Position numbers and translations under genes: made by a program. The notes beneath the pieces are model-generated. The model was not told the DNA's origin. It saw only the letters and a list, made by a program, of their open reading frames with translations, and did no database searches. A stretch of 24,874 bases of DNA from a virus (taxonomy: Duplodnaviria > Caudoviricetes): IMG/VR virus record IMGVR_UViG_3300046328_000416, positions 1-24,874 of that record; one strand, given 5' to 3'. This document shows, piece after piece, positions 16,957-24,448 of this stretch. Position 1 is the stretch's first letter. Every line of letters starts with the position of its first letter.

Positions 16957-19080
16957 ATGAGCGTTGCTGTAGACACCGCATTGCGCGATTTTGTCCGCTA
17001 CACAGGCGATGGCCTTCCAAACGCCCCGGTAGGGGCACCCTTGCCAATCGGTGATCCATCGTCTGGGGTGCACAATCCCAGCAAGGCAGAGTTGCGCAAT
17101 GCAATCGGCGGGGTTGCCGATCAGGCGGCGATGTCTGCGGCACAGGCAGCGGCCTACGGTGGGGTAGAGGTGGTCACATTTGCCCAGCTGGTGGCCCTGA
17201 CATCTGGGACGGTGTCGGTGGGCGACATCGTACGTGTCGCATCCATTGACGCAATTTATCAGCGTTTGGCTTCGGGCGGAAACTTAACGCATACTGCGTC
17301 AACACTTTCATGGACCGTATTCCCGACAGAGGACGGCCTTGATGTCCGCGCATTTGGGGCCGTTGGTGACGGTACGACAGATGACTCGCCATCTTTTCAG
17401 GCGGCGGTCAACGCGACACCGACCATCTTGGGGTCAGTGCATGGCGGCAATGCGAGTTTCCGCCTTGCTGCACCGATCACCATGTCGGGCAAGGTTGATC
17501 TGCGGATTTCCAATTGCAAAGTGCTTGGAAACGCCACGCGGTTTGCGGGCTATTTCAACGTATCAGGCAGTGACGGGGTTATATTCGACAACGTGACGTT
17601 CGATCACATGTTTGGCGTCGTGACCCAATTCTTGCCAGCGCATTATGCCTCTGGCAGTTTTAACGTTGGGGTCTACGGTACAACTTGCGGTGATGTGACG
17701 GTGATAAACAGTCGATTTGACAGGCTTTACACGCGGTCAATCAATCTGACGGGGGCTGGCAAACTGACCGTTCGCGGGTGTGCATTTACATCACCTGTGC
17801 AGAACCAGACCCAAATCTTGGATTATATTGCCATTTTGACATCGCGCGCACTGGAGGTGGTTGGCAACACGTTCCTAAGCGCGGCCACAACAAAGGATTT
17901 TGGCACGTGCGCGGTGGTCTATTCTGGCATCACCGAGGCAGTCTTGATCGCGGACAATGAAACAAATTGGTGCGGGCGCGACAACACCGGAACGCACCGC
18001 CTTGGTGTGTTCGATGGATATTTTGACGCCAAGAATGTGCGGATTTCGGGGAACCTATCGCGCAACTGTTTGGCGCAGTTCGTGCGCGCATCAGCAATTG
18101 AAAATCTGGAAATCATCGACAACATTGTTCACGTCGCGGCGGCGGCTGAAACTGGCTACAGCCTGATCAGCCTTGAGGGCGGCACGTTTACCGGAACCGG
18201 CGTTGCTATCCGAAACGCAAAAGTGAGCGGCAACATCATCAACGACCCTTCTTTGCGGTCTGCGGTCCATGTTCAGCTTGTCGCGTATGATTGGGGCGCG
18301 ACATCGAGAGATATCACCATCTCAAACAATACGTTTAGCGGGAGTGATGTCGCCATTCTGGTGGTTGGCCCGTACAACGGCATGAGGATTGAAAACAACG
18401 TGGCGCGCGGCGGGCCGGGACGGATCAACCTAAACAGTGAGAGCGGGGGCATTACACTGACGGCGGTGCAGGGGACGCAAATAAACGCACGAATGCGCGG
18501 GCTTCGGATTGCCGGAAACGACCTTGAATGCACGGGGACCGGGGCGGGGATTACTGTTTCAACCGACAAGACCCCGATCTTTACTGGCGCGATGATTGAC
18601 GGGGTTATCGAGGGAAACCGTGTTGTTAACCTTGCCGCAACTGGCGCGCAAGCCATTGTTGCAAACCCAAGAGGCACACCAAAGCTGGCAGAGATTTCCA
18701 TTCGCGGAAACTATACGCGCGGTTTTGACGTTGATATCTACCCCCGCGAATGCGCCACTGTCAGGGTTCTTAACAATGACGGGAACGGCATAACCGCACC
18801 ATATTCGTCGGATGCAACAAACGTTGTGGAACAGCGGCGTGGCAACAGCGGCAAGGCGGGCAGGCTCTTTGGAACAGCAACGCTTGTGGCTGGCGGGGCA
18901 GGGATCGGCAACACCGAAGTGCGCACCGATGATGCGGGTAAAATCATGATCACAAGAACCATTTCGGGCGGCACATTGGGCCACCTTGACGTGCATACAA
19001 TCGTGAACGCGACCAGCTTTCAGTTGCGTTCATCATCCGGCGCCGACACGTCGACGGTGTTTTGGGAGATCGTGCGATAA
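16957..19080 (+). CDS. Tailspike / receptor-binding protein with right-handed beta-helix (pectate-lyase-like, candidate depolymerase)
   Basis: RBS GGAG at 16947. DVRAFGAVGDGTTDDSPSFQAAVNA motif followed by many I-x-G/N-N beta-helix rungs. Confidence 0.85.
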   Translation: MSVAVDTALRDFVRYTGDGLPNAPVGAPLPIGDPSSGVHNPSKAELRNAIGGVADQAAMSAAQAAAYGGVEVVTFAQLVALTSGTVSVGDIVRVASIDAIYQRLASGGNLTHTASTLSWTVFPTEDGLDVRAFGAVGDGTTDDSPSFQAAVNATPTILGSVHGGNASFRLAAPITMSGKVDLRISNCKVLGNATRFAGYFNVSGSDGVIFDNVTFDHMFGVVTQFLPAHYASGSFNVGVYGTTCGDVTVINSRFDRLYTRSINLTGAGKLTVRGCAFTSPVQNQTQILDYIAILTSRALEVVGNTFLSAATTKDFGTCAVVYSGITEAVLIADNETNWCGRDNTGTHRLGVFDGYFDAKNVRISGNLSRNCLAQFVRASAIENLEIIDNIVHVAAAAETGYSLISLEGGTFTGTGVAIRNAKVSGNIINDPSLRSAVHVQLVAYDWGATSRDITISNNTFSGSDVAILVVGPYNGMRIENNVARGGPGRINLNSESGGITLTAVQGTQINARMRGLRIAGNDLECTGTGAGITVSTDKTPIFTGAMIDGVIEGNRVVNLAATGAQAIVANPRGTPKLAEISIRGNYTRGFDVDIYPRECATVRVLNNDGNGITAPYSSDATNVVEQRRGNSGKAGRLFGTATLVAGGAGIGNTEVRTDDAGKIMITRTISGGTLGHLDVHTIVNATSFQLRSSSGADTSTVFWEIVR

Positions 19081-19109
19081 ATGATGAATAGATTGGGGAT
19101 AATGTTGCC

Positions 19110-19499
19110 ATGAAAGACGCAGCTTTGCTGACCGCAAAAGACTGGTTAACCCTTGTTCTGTCTGGTCTTGGCATTTCATTCGCCCCGCACCTGTTTTTTG
19201 GCGGGGTCATTCTGGCCTTGGCCGGGGCATCGCTGGCCCGGTCATTTTCGCCAGAGCGTGATGAACGTGAATTGATCAGCGTCCTTTTGAGCGCGCTGAT
19301 CGTGGCGGTGATCAGCGCCGAGTTTGCCCAGATTTACATGCCCGCCTATCCACCCCAGCTGGTGATGTTCGTGGGCGGGTTTTGCAGTCGCTATGCGGTT
19401 GGCACAGCCCTGCGGGTGATGGGGCTGGTTGAAAAAAAGACAGAGCGAATTGTTGACGGCGCGATTGACAAGGTTTTGGGAAAGGATCCCGAAGAATGA
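19110..19499 (+). CDS. Putative holin
   Basis: 129 aa with several hydrophobic segments and a charged C-terminus. ATGA overlap with the endolysin gene. Confidence 0.7.
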   Translation: MKDAALLTAKDWLTLVLSGLGISFAPHLFFGGVILALAGASLARSFSPERDERELISVLLSALIVAVISAEFAQIYMPAYPPQLVMFVGGFCSRYAVGTALRVMGLVEKKTERIVDGAIDKVLGKDPEE

Positions 19500-20107
19500 A
19501 AACTGTCGCACAACTGACAGCGGAAATTCTGGCCCGTGAGGGTGGTTTTGTGAACGATCCAGATGATCCGGGCGGGGCCACAAACCACGGCGTCACCATC
19601 GGCACGATGCGCGCGCTTGGGGTGGATATCAACGGCGATGGCCGCATTGATGTGACCGATGTAAAAATCCTGCCTGTGGCGCGGGCGGCAGAAATCTACA
19701 TGCAGCACTATTTCTATAAACCTGGCATCGACAAGTTGCCGGTGCCGCTGCAAGGCGTGGTGTTCGATATGCACGTGAACGCCGGGGCCAATGCGATCAA
19801 GCTGTTACAGCGGTTCTTGATCGGGCTGGGGTTTCCGTGCGGGGTTGATGGCCAGATCGGGCGCCAAACCATCTATGCCGCCGAACTGGCCTACAAGGAG
19901 AAAGGCGCGGATATGGCTGATCTATATGCCATCGCGCGGCGCAACTATTACTATTCTTTGGCGGATTCGCGCCCCGCCAGCCGCAAATACGCGCGCCGCA
20001 AAGACGGTGGCAAGGGTGGTTGGATCATCCGGGCAGAGGATTTCATGCGGCCGGATTTGCGGCTGACCGATGCGCAACACCGGGCCCGCGTAGAAAATTG
20101 GCCGTGA
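19496..20107 (+). CDS. Endolysin, GH108 N-acetylmuramidase with peptidoglycan-binding domain
   Basis: Catalytic EGGFVNDPDDPGGATNHGVT, FDMHVNAG and VDGQIG motifs. Confidence 0.92.
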   Translation: MKTVAQLTAEILAREGGFVNDPDDPGGATNHGVTIGTMRALGVDINGDGRIDVTDVKILPVARAAEIYMQHYFYKPGIDKLPVPLQGVVFDMHVNAGANAIKLLQRFLIGLGFPCGVDGQIGRQTIYAAELAYKEKGADMADLYAIARRNYYYSLADSRPASRKYARRKDGGKGGWIIRAEDFMRPDLRLTDAQHRARVENWP

Positions 20108-20117
20108 GAGTGATGCA

Positions 20118-20438
20118 ATGATCTTGCTCTACCGCGCCCTTGCCATAGCGGCCTTTATCGGTGGGCTATGGCTGCACGGTTACACCAAGGGGGCCGCGTC
20201 TGTGCGCGCCGAATTGGCAGTGCAAACCGCACAGATGCAACAAGACATCATAGAGGCCAGCGCCCGTGCTGCGCGCGCCGGGGCTGCGCTGCAAGCCATG
20301 CGCGCGGCCAATGCCACAGCCCTAGAGGATTTCGAAAATGCGGCAATCAATGACAGCAATGCTGGCAATCGCCGGGTTGACCCTGACAGCTTGCGGCGAC
20401 TTCAAGCCCTTTTCGCGGGTAACCGTGCCGCCCCTTGA
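20118..20438 (+). CDS. Inner-membrane spanin, Rz-like
   Basis: Single N-terminal TM segment followed by an Ala-rich coiled coil. Follows the endolysin gene. Confidence 0.75.
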   Translation: MILLYRALAIAAFIGGLWLHGYTKGAASVRAELAVQTAQMQQDIIEASARAARAGAALQAMRAANATALEDFENAAINDSNAGNRRVDPDSLRRLQALFAGNRAAP

Positions 20439-20595
20439 TAGCGCCATCACAGCGCCATGTTTGGCCCCAGAGGCGGCGCTAGGGTCTGGTGACTGGTTGG
20501 TGGTGGCTGGCACCCTCGGCACGGCGCTGATTGAATGCGAGGCCAGCCGCGCGGCTGCGGTGGGGGCGTATCAGGGTGTGGCGGATGCGCTCTGA
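20338..20595 (+). CDS. Outer-membrane spanin lipoprotein, Rz1-like
   Basis: Signal peptide with lipobox LTAC (Cys19). Overlaps the i-spanin 3' end in another frame. Contains PPL...APC and a second Cys. Confidence 0.8.
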   Translation: MRQSMTAMLAIAGLTLTACGDFKPFSRVTVPPLDSAITAPCLAPEAALGSGDWLVVAGTLGTALIECEASRAAAVGAYQGVADAL

Positions 20596-21262
20596 CGAAG
20601 TGCAGCGCCAGGGCGTTTTGTTCGATGCGGAAAAGCGGGTTCTTGTCCACGGTGACAAAGAGTGCCGATTGAAGCGTGGACCATTACGGCTTTGCGTCTA
20701 TCTGATGCAAACACCTGGTGTCATAAGAACAAGAGAGCAAATTCTTGACGTGATGCACGGCGAAGGGTTCGATATTTTCGACAGAACTGTTGATAGTTAT
20801 GTTAAACGCGCACGTATGCAGATCATACCTGCCTTCGGATTTGACCCAATCAAGACGGACTATCGCGTTGGATATTATTGGGATGCTGGGGGCTCACAAG
20901 TAGCGGTGACATCCCGACCAGATACAGAGGTTTGGTGTGATCACGAACTGCGTTTGGTGATGCGGGGTTCGAAGCAATGCCGCCTTACGGCAAGGGAATT
21001 TGATATATGTGCTATCTTGTCAGCCCGACCGGGTGTGGTGAAATCGCGCGCCTTCTTCATTAACGAGTTCTATCGTGGGTGGAATCCGGCAAAAGACACT
21101 GTAATTGACAGTTTCGTCCAGCGGACACGAAGGAAGATGGAACGCGATCTTGGTGTTGACCCAATTAAGACCAGCTATGGTTTTGGCTATTATTGGGAAA
21201 ATCTGGCGACAGGTGTGCCCGCGTCATCTGCGCAGCGCGCCGGAAATGCCAGATATTACTAG
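20585..21262 (+). CDS. Receiver-less transcription factor with two tandem OmpR/PhoB-type winged-helix DNA-binding domains
   Basis: Domain 1: PGVIRTREQILDVMHG...DRTVDSYVKRAR...IKTDYRVGYYW. Domain 2: LTAREFDICAILSARPGVVKSR...VIDSFVQRTRRKM...IKTSYGFGYYW. The ATG at 20585 is preferred over 20531. Confidence 0.88.
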   Translation: MRSDEVQRQGVLFDAEKRVLVHGDKECRLKRGPLRLCVYLMQTPGVIRTREQILDVMHGEGFDIFDRTVDSYVKRARMQIIPAFGFDPIKTDYRVGYYWDAGGSQVAVTSRPDTEVWCDHELRLVMRGSKQCRLTAREFDICAILSARPGVVKSRAFFINEFYRGWNPAKDTVIDSFVQRTRRKMERDLGVDPIKTSYGFGYYWENLATGVPASSAQRAGNARYY

Positions 21263-21299
21263 TCCACAACCCGCGCGGATTCGGTTTACAGTCGCCACG

Positions 21300-21312
21300 T
21301 AACCCATTGATT
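21300..21312 (-). promoter_or_regulatory. IHF-consensus site in the left attP arm
   Basis: Reverse complement AATCAATGGGTTA matches WATCAANNNNTTR. Confidence 0.65.
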
Positions 21313-21373
21313 CCAAACACCACCAAATGAGGCTAGTTTACACATATTTGCCAATGATTTCAGCGCAAAGGTT

Positions 21374-21422
21374 CTGATTTGTAATCAGGGGGTCTCGGGT
21401 TCAAATCCTGATGGGGGCACCA
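21374..21422 (+). other. attP: attP core: 3' half of a tRNA-Thr(TGT) gene
   Basis: CTGA-TTTGTAA-TCAG anticodon arm, T arm TCGGG-TTCAAAT-CCTGA, acceptor strand TGGGGGC-A-CCA. No D arm or 5' acceptor strand upstream. Lies 60 bp from the integrase stop. Confidence 0.9.
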
Positions 21423-21426
21423 TTTA

Positions 21427-21439
21427 AATCAATGGCTTA
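21427..21439 (+). promoter_or_regulatory. IHF-consensus site in the right attP arm
   Basis: AATCAATGGCTTA matches WATCAANNNNTTR. Confidence 0.65.
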
Positions 21440-21454
21440 GCAGGTTGGCGGTTT

Positions 21455-21489
21455 AACCGTTTACAGGCTTTCGGTAAACCGTTTACAGG
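21455..21489 (+). repeat. 13-bp direct repeat, probable integrase arm-type sites
   Basis: AACCGTTTACAGG at 21455-21467 and 21477-21489. The GTTTACA core also occurs at 21284-21290 and 21336-21342. Confidence 0.7.
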
Positions 21490-22529
21490 TCCGTTGCCAT
21501 TCTGTGCTTTTCCAGCTTTGCAATGGCCGATTCCCCGAGCGCCAAATCGCGGCTGAAATAGTGCTTGTCGAGGATGCTTTCCACGTCTTTCAGATTATGG
21601 CCGGTGATGGTCGCAATCTCAGGAACTGAGCAACCGGCTGCGGCAAGGCGCGAAACTGCTGTGCCGCGAAAGTCGTGAAACGTCAGGCCCGTAACCCCGG
21701 CTGCGGCGCATGTCTTGCCAAAGCTGGTTTTAAAACCGTCGCTGGTCCACGGTGTTGCGCGCTGTGTTGCGCAAATCGTGACCGTCTTGCGCGTTAGCTT
21801 GGCCGCGTCCAATACCCCCCGCAATTCGGCTGCAATCTTGATGGTCAGGTGACGCCCTGTTTTCGATTGCCGCAAGCGGATGAACTCCCCATCGTATGCC
21901 GCCCATGTCAGGCGCAAGATATCGCCCTGTCGTTGCCCGGTCCATAATGCGATCTGACACGGCAACGCGACGGCTGTGGACGCCTTGGCGAATAGCGCGC
22001 CCAACGTGTCGTCACGCCAGACATTCGCGGCCCTGCCTGCGCTGTGCAGCCTGCCGGGTCGTTCGCACGGGTTGGCCACGATCTTGCGGCGGTCATAGGC
22101 CCATGCCATGACCTTCGACAGGACCGAAAACGCGTAATCAGCGGCCCGCGTCCCTGTGACGGCCAGCCCGTCCCGCCATTCCAGAAAATCGCCACGAATA
22201 AGCGGGTCGTTGATTGCGGCAATTGGCAAGTCGCCAAACTCGGCCTCAATCTTGCGAATGTATCGGGCGTATTCCTTGCGTGTGGTTTCGGCCAGTGCGG
22301 TGAAATCCGTTGTCGATCGGTAACTGTCAATCAGCCCTTGCAGCGTGGCCTTGCCCTTGATCGGCTTATCGCGGGTGGCTGTGAGCGCGTGAAACTCTGC
22401 GATGAATTGCGGGGTTCCGGGTTCAGCTTCAATCTTTGGCCCGCCCCGCCATGCGTAGAAGTGCAGGGAGTGACCGCCCCCGGAGAGGCGGCGTTTAACC
22501 TTGTGGATTCCCTTGAGATCGACTTGCAC
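21483..22529 (-). CDS. int: Tyrosine integrase
   Basis: Catalytic set R (TGQRQGD), K (QSKTG), HxxR (FHDFR), H (TGH), Y (KHY). Probable GTG start at 22529 with GGAAGG upstream; the track ORF extends to 22652. Confidence 0.95.
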   Translation of the reverse strand: MQVDLKGIHKVKRRLSGGGHSLHFYAWRGGPKIEAEPGTPQFIAEFHALTATRDKPIKGKATLQGLIDSYRSTTDFTALAETTRKEYARYIRKIEAEFGDLPIAAINDPLIRGDFLEWRDGLAVTGTRAADYAFSVLSKVMAWAYDRRKIVANPCERPGRLHSAGRAANVWRDDTLGALFAKASTAVALPCQIALWTGQRQGDILRLTWAAYDGEFIRLRQSKTGRHLTIKIAAELRGVLDAAKLTRKTVTICATQRATPWTSDGFKTSFGKTCAAAGVTGLTFHDFRGTAVSRLAAAGCSVPEIATITGHNLKDVESILDKHYFSRDLALGESAIAKLEKHRMATDL

Positions 22530-22701
22530 GGCTGGCCTTCCACGCCTCACGGGCGTTTGCGGGTTCGGATTCTTGGACTGTATGCCATAGCCTGATGCTC
22601 CCGTCGCTGGTGATTTCTGATCTGACAACGGGAAGCCCCCCGGCGATTGCACCTTTGACGGCGCGGGTTAGGTCGGATTGGCGGAATGCAGCGCGGGTCA
22701 T
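22495..22701 (-). CDS. Putative excisionase / recombination directionality factor (68 aa)
   Basis: MTRAAFRQSDLTRAVKGAIAGGLPVVRSEITSDGSIRL; small and basic, overlaps the int start, RBS GAAAGG. Function inferred from position. Confidence 0.6.
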   Translation of the reverse strand: MTRAAFRQSDLTRAVKGAIAGGLPVVRSEITSDGSIRLWHTVQESEPANAREAWKASRASRSQGNPQG

Positions 22702-22826
22702 GTTGCGCCTTTCACCAACTGCAATGCGGGCAAGTACAGCGCCCGGCGCAGGTCGCGCGGCATCGTTGCCAGCGTCCCAAGCCGACGACCAAGACGTGCT
22801 TCGATTATCTGACGGGCAGTCATCAT
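22698..22826 (-). CDS. Small hypothetical protein (42 aa), absent from the ORF track
   Basis: MMTARQIIEARLGRRLGTLATMPRDLRRALYLPALQLVKGAT. ATGA overlaps at both ends, filling the gap exactly. Confidence 0.65.
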   Translation of the reverse strand: MMTARQIIEARLGRRLGTLATMPRDLRRALYLPALQLVKGAT

Positions 22827-23026
22827 TCACCGCCTTTCGTGAATGGGGCGAGGGTGGCGCGAAGGTTGCGTTCAAGATCGCCTTTGTCATTGCACAGGTC
22901 CATGTATTGCAACTGTGCTTTAGCCGCCTCCACCAGCGCCAGCACCTCTGGCAGTTGCATCGCTGCGGCAAGCAGTTCGGCGGGGGTATCGAGGGCGGAC
23001 ATAGTGAGGTCTTCTTTGTTGGTCAT
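22823..23026 (-). CDS. Hypothetical protein (67 aa)
   Basis: MTNKEDLTMS...PEVLALVEAAK...LRATLAPFTKGGE. ATGA overlaps on both sides. Confidence 0.7.
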   Translation of the reverse strand: MTNKEDLTMSALDTPAELLAAAMQLPEVLALVEAAKAQLQYMDLCNDKGDLERNLRATLAPFTKGGE

Positions 23027-23229
23027 AGCGTCGTCTTCCCGTGCTTCGATGTGCAGTAACCGCAAAGCCAGTCATGATGCTCTTCATCGCGGATTTTGGT
23101 CCAACCGTTCTTTTTTGCGTAAGTCGCCATTTCTGATCTTGGAACTCGGTCGGAAAGAAGGAAGCGCCCTGCAATCGTGCTAGAGCAAGAACGGCAAACC
23201 AACTCGGTCCAAACAAAAGACCCCATCAT
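23023..23229 (-). CDS. Small Zn-finger-like protein
   Basis: CRSC...GW...CGYC. Coupled to both neighbours. Confidence 0.7.
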   Translation of the reverse strand: MMGSFVWTELVCRSCSSTIAGRFLLSDRVPRSEMATYAKKNGWTKIRDEEHHDWLCGYCTSKHGKTTL

Positions 23230-23540
23230 TCACCGCCTTTCGTGAACATGGCTAGGGCGGCGCGCAGGGTTATGATATCGGTGCGACCGATTGCCCCCGC
23301 GACAGGAACGCCGTTTCTGATTGTTGCGTGTGCAAACGGGCGACACGCCTCCAACAGCGCCAACACCTCTGGAGAGTTGGGGCGGGTGTTCCATACGGCT
23401 ACGGCCATCTCTTTAGTTGCGTCATCACCCTGCGCACGGCAATCCGTACAAACAACATAGGAACATCCCACCATTTCGACATTTGCGAGATATGGTTTGC
23501 CCCCACAAAACGGGCATGGCTTGAGTTCAGGCGCGGTCAT
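23226..23540 (-). CDS. Lar-family restriction-alleviation-like Zn-ribbon protein with C-terminal extension
   Basis: ELKPCPFCGG...VVCTDCRAQG...AVAVWNTR signature. Confidence 0.82.
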   Translation of the reverse strand: MTAPELKPCPFCGGKPYLANVEMVGCSYVVCTDCRAQGDDATKEMAVAVWNTRPNSPEVLALLEACRPFAHATIRNGVPVAGAIGRTDIITLRAALAMFTKGGE

Positions 23541-24078
23541 TGTGCTTCCCCCAGTGTGTGGTGCGGGCCTCTGCTAGGCATTTCTCAATTTTCCCGTGTG
23601 GATCATCAAGCCCACACGCAACATCCGCGCAGGCAACAAACCAATCGGCGCACGTTATGGCGTCAATGCAGAATATTGGCGTGGCGTAGCCCATGACTAC
23701 GTATAGTGCATCATCCAGCAATTTCACCCGCGCCCAGCCCTTTTCGGTGCGCGCCAATGCGTCATCACGTTCCGCTGTCAGCCGCGCAATCTCTGCGGCT
23801 TGTTCGATGATCGCCGTTTCCATCTCAGGGACGCGGGCGATGCGGCGGGCGTTGGCTGCCTGATCGGCATCCATCCCAAAAGATGACGGAACAACTACGA
23901 GAGCGATAGTCATTCCATAATGACCGACAGCCGACCAGCATAGACCACTTCCGTTGTCGTCCTCCCGGTCAACAGAATAATCCTCCGCATCTTCAATTTT
24001 TGCAGCATCATCTGTCCACGGCCCCGGCGTTCCGGCTTCACGGTCTGCCACCAGTGCGGCGAGTTGTTCGGGGGTCAT
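23527..24078 (-). CDS. Ead/Ea22-like early protein
   Basis: LAAL...AGTPGPW N-terminus, ANARRIARVP motif, then a coiled coil (AAEIARLTAERDDA). Confidence 0.65.
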   Translation of the reverse strand: MTPEQLAALVADREAGTPGPWTDDAAKIEDAEDYSVDREDDNGSGLCWSAVGHYGMTIALVVVPSSFGMDADQAANARRIARVPEMETAIIEQAAEIARLTAERDDALARTEKGWARVKLLDDALYVVMGYATPIFCIDAITCADWFVACADVACGLDDPHGKIEKCLAEARTTHWGKHNDRA

Positions 24079-24251
24079 TTGCGTTTCCTTTGTCTCGCCT
24101 CAAAAGCGCGGCGTTCCTTGCGGTTGCTGTGCGCGGAAAGCTGATAGGCCGCCGCGTCCAGTTCCTCGCGTTCGCGTTCGTGACCTCGCATCTTCATTTC
24201 TGCGATAGCTTTCGCGCGCTGGATCATCATCTCTTGCGATTTGTCGTCCAT
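24075..24251 (-). CDS. Small basic hypothetical protein (58 aa)
   Basis: MDDKSQEMM...NRKERRAFEARQRKRK. TGATG and ATGA overlaps with neighbours. Confidence 0.65.
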   Translation of the reverse strand: MDDKSQEMMIQRAKAIAEMKMRGHEREREELDAAAYQLSAHSNRKERRAFEARQRKRK

Positions 24252-24448
24252 CAAATTAGCCCCTTTTCCAAAGCCAACCATTCAGTCAGCGTAACTGTGA
24301 CAATTCCAGACACGCCCGTTTCCTCAATTTCGATCTGACTTCGAGCCAGCCAAACCGCCTTTGATTTATCGCCGTCATGGAACAGGACAGCTTTTTCAGT
24401 TTTGGCTTCAATCGCACCGTCAATATCAATCACGTCACTTTTCATCAC
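24251..24448 (-). CDS. Hypothetical phage protein (65 aa)
   Basis: ATGA overlap and RBS GAGGTG. Sequence TEKAVLFHDG...VWLARSQIE...EWLALEKGLI. Confidence 0.75.
   Translation of the reverse strand: MMKSDVIDIDGAIEAKTEKAVLFHDGDKSKAVWLARSQIEIEETGVSGIVTVTLTEWLALEKGLI

Larger units (their letters stand above)
22821..23246. repeat. Pair of identical 23-bp direct repeats at gene junctions
   Basis: CATCATTCACCGCCTTTCGTGAA at 22821-22843 and 23224-23246. Confidence 0.95.

Noticed and set aside
1-20595. Gene transfer agent cluster
   Set aside because: Some genes are GTA-like, but the element has an integrase, attP, early genes, linked lysis genes and a much longer tape measure than RcGTA, so it is a true temperate phage.
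21340-21422. Complete phage-encoded tRNA-Thr gene
   Set aside because: No 5' acceptor strand complementary to TGGGGGC and no D arm upstream of 21374. Only the 3' half is present, as expected for attP.
21420-21470. Full CtrA box (TTAA-N7-TTAA) near attP
   Set aside because: Only half-site-like TTAA/TTAACC is present, without a correctly spaced partner.
22530-22652. N-terminal 41-aa extension of the integrase in the ORF track
   Set aside because: Overlaps the probable xis gene. The GTG at 22529 has an RBS and gives a typical integrase N-terminus.
22702-22971. N-terminal 90 aa of the 158-aa track ORF 22495-22971
   Set aside because: The region is better explained by two coupled small genes in other frames. 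The ATG at 22701 has its own RBS.
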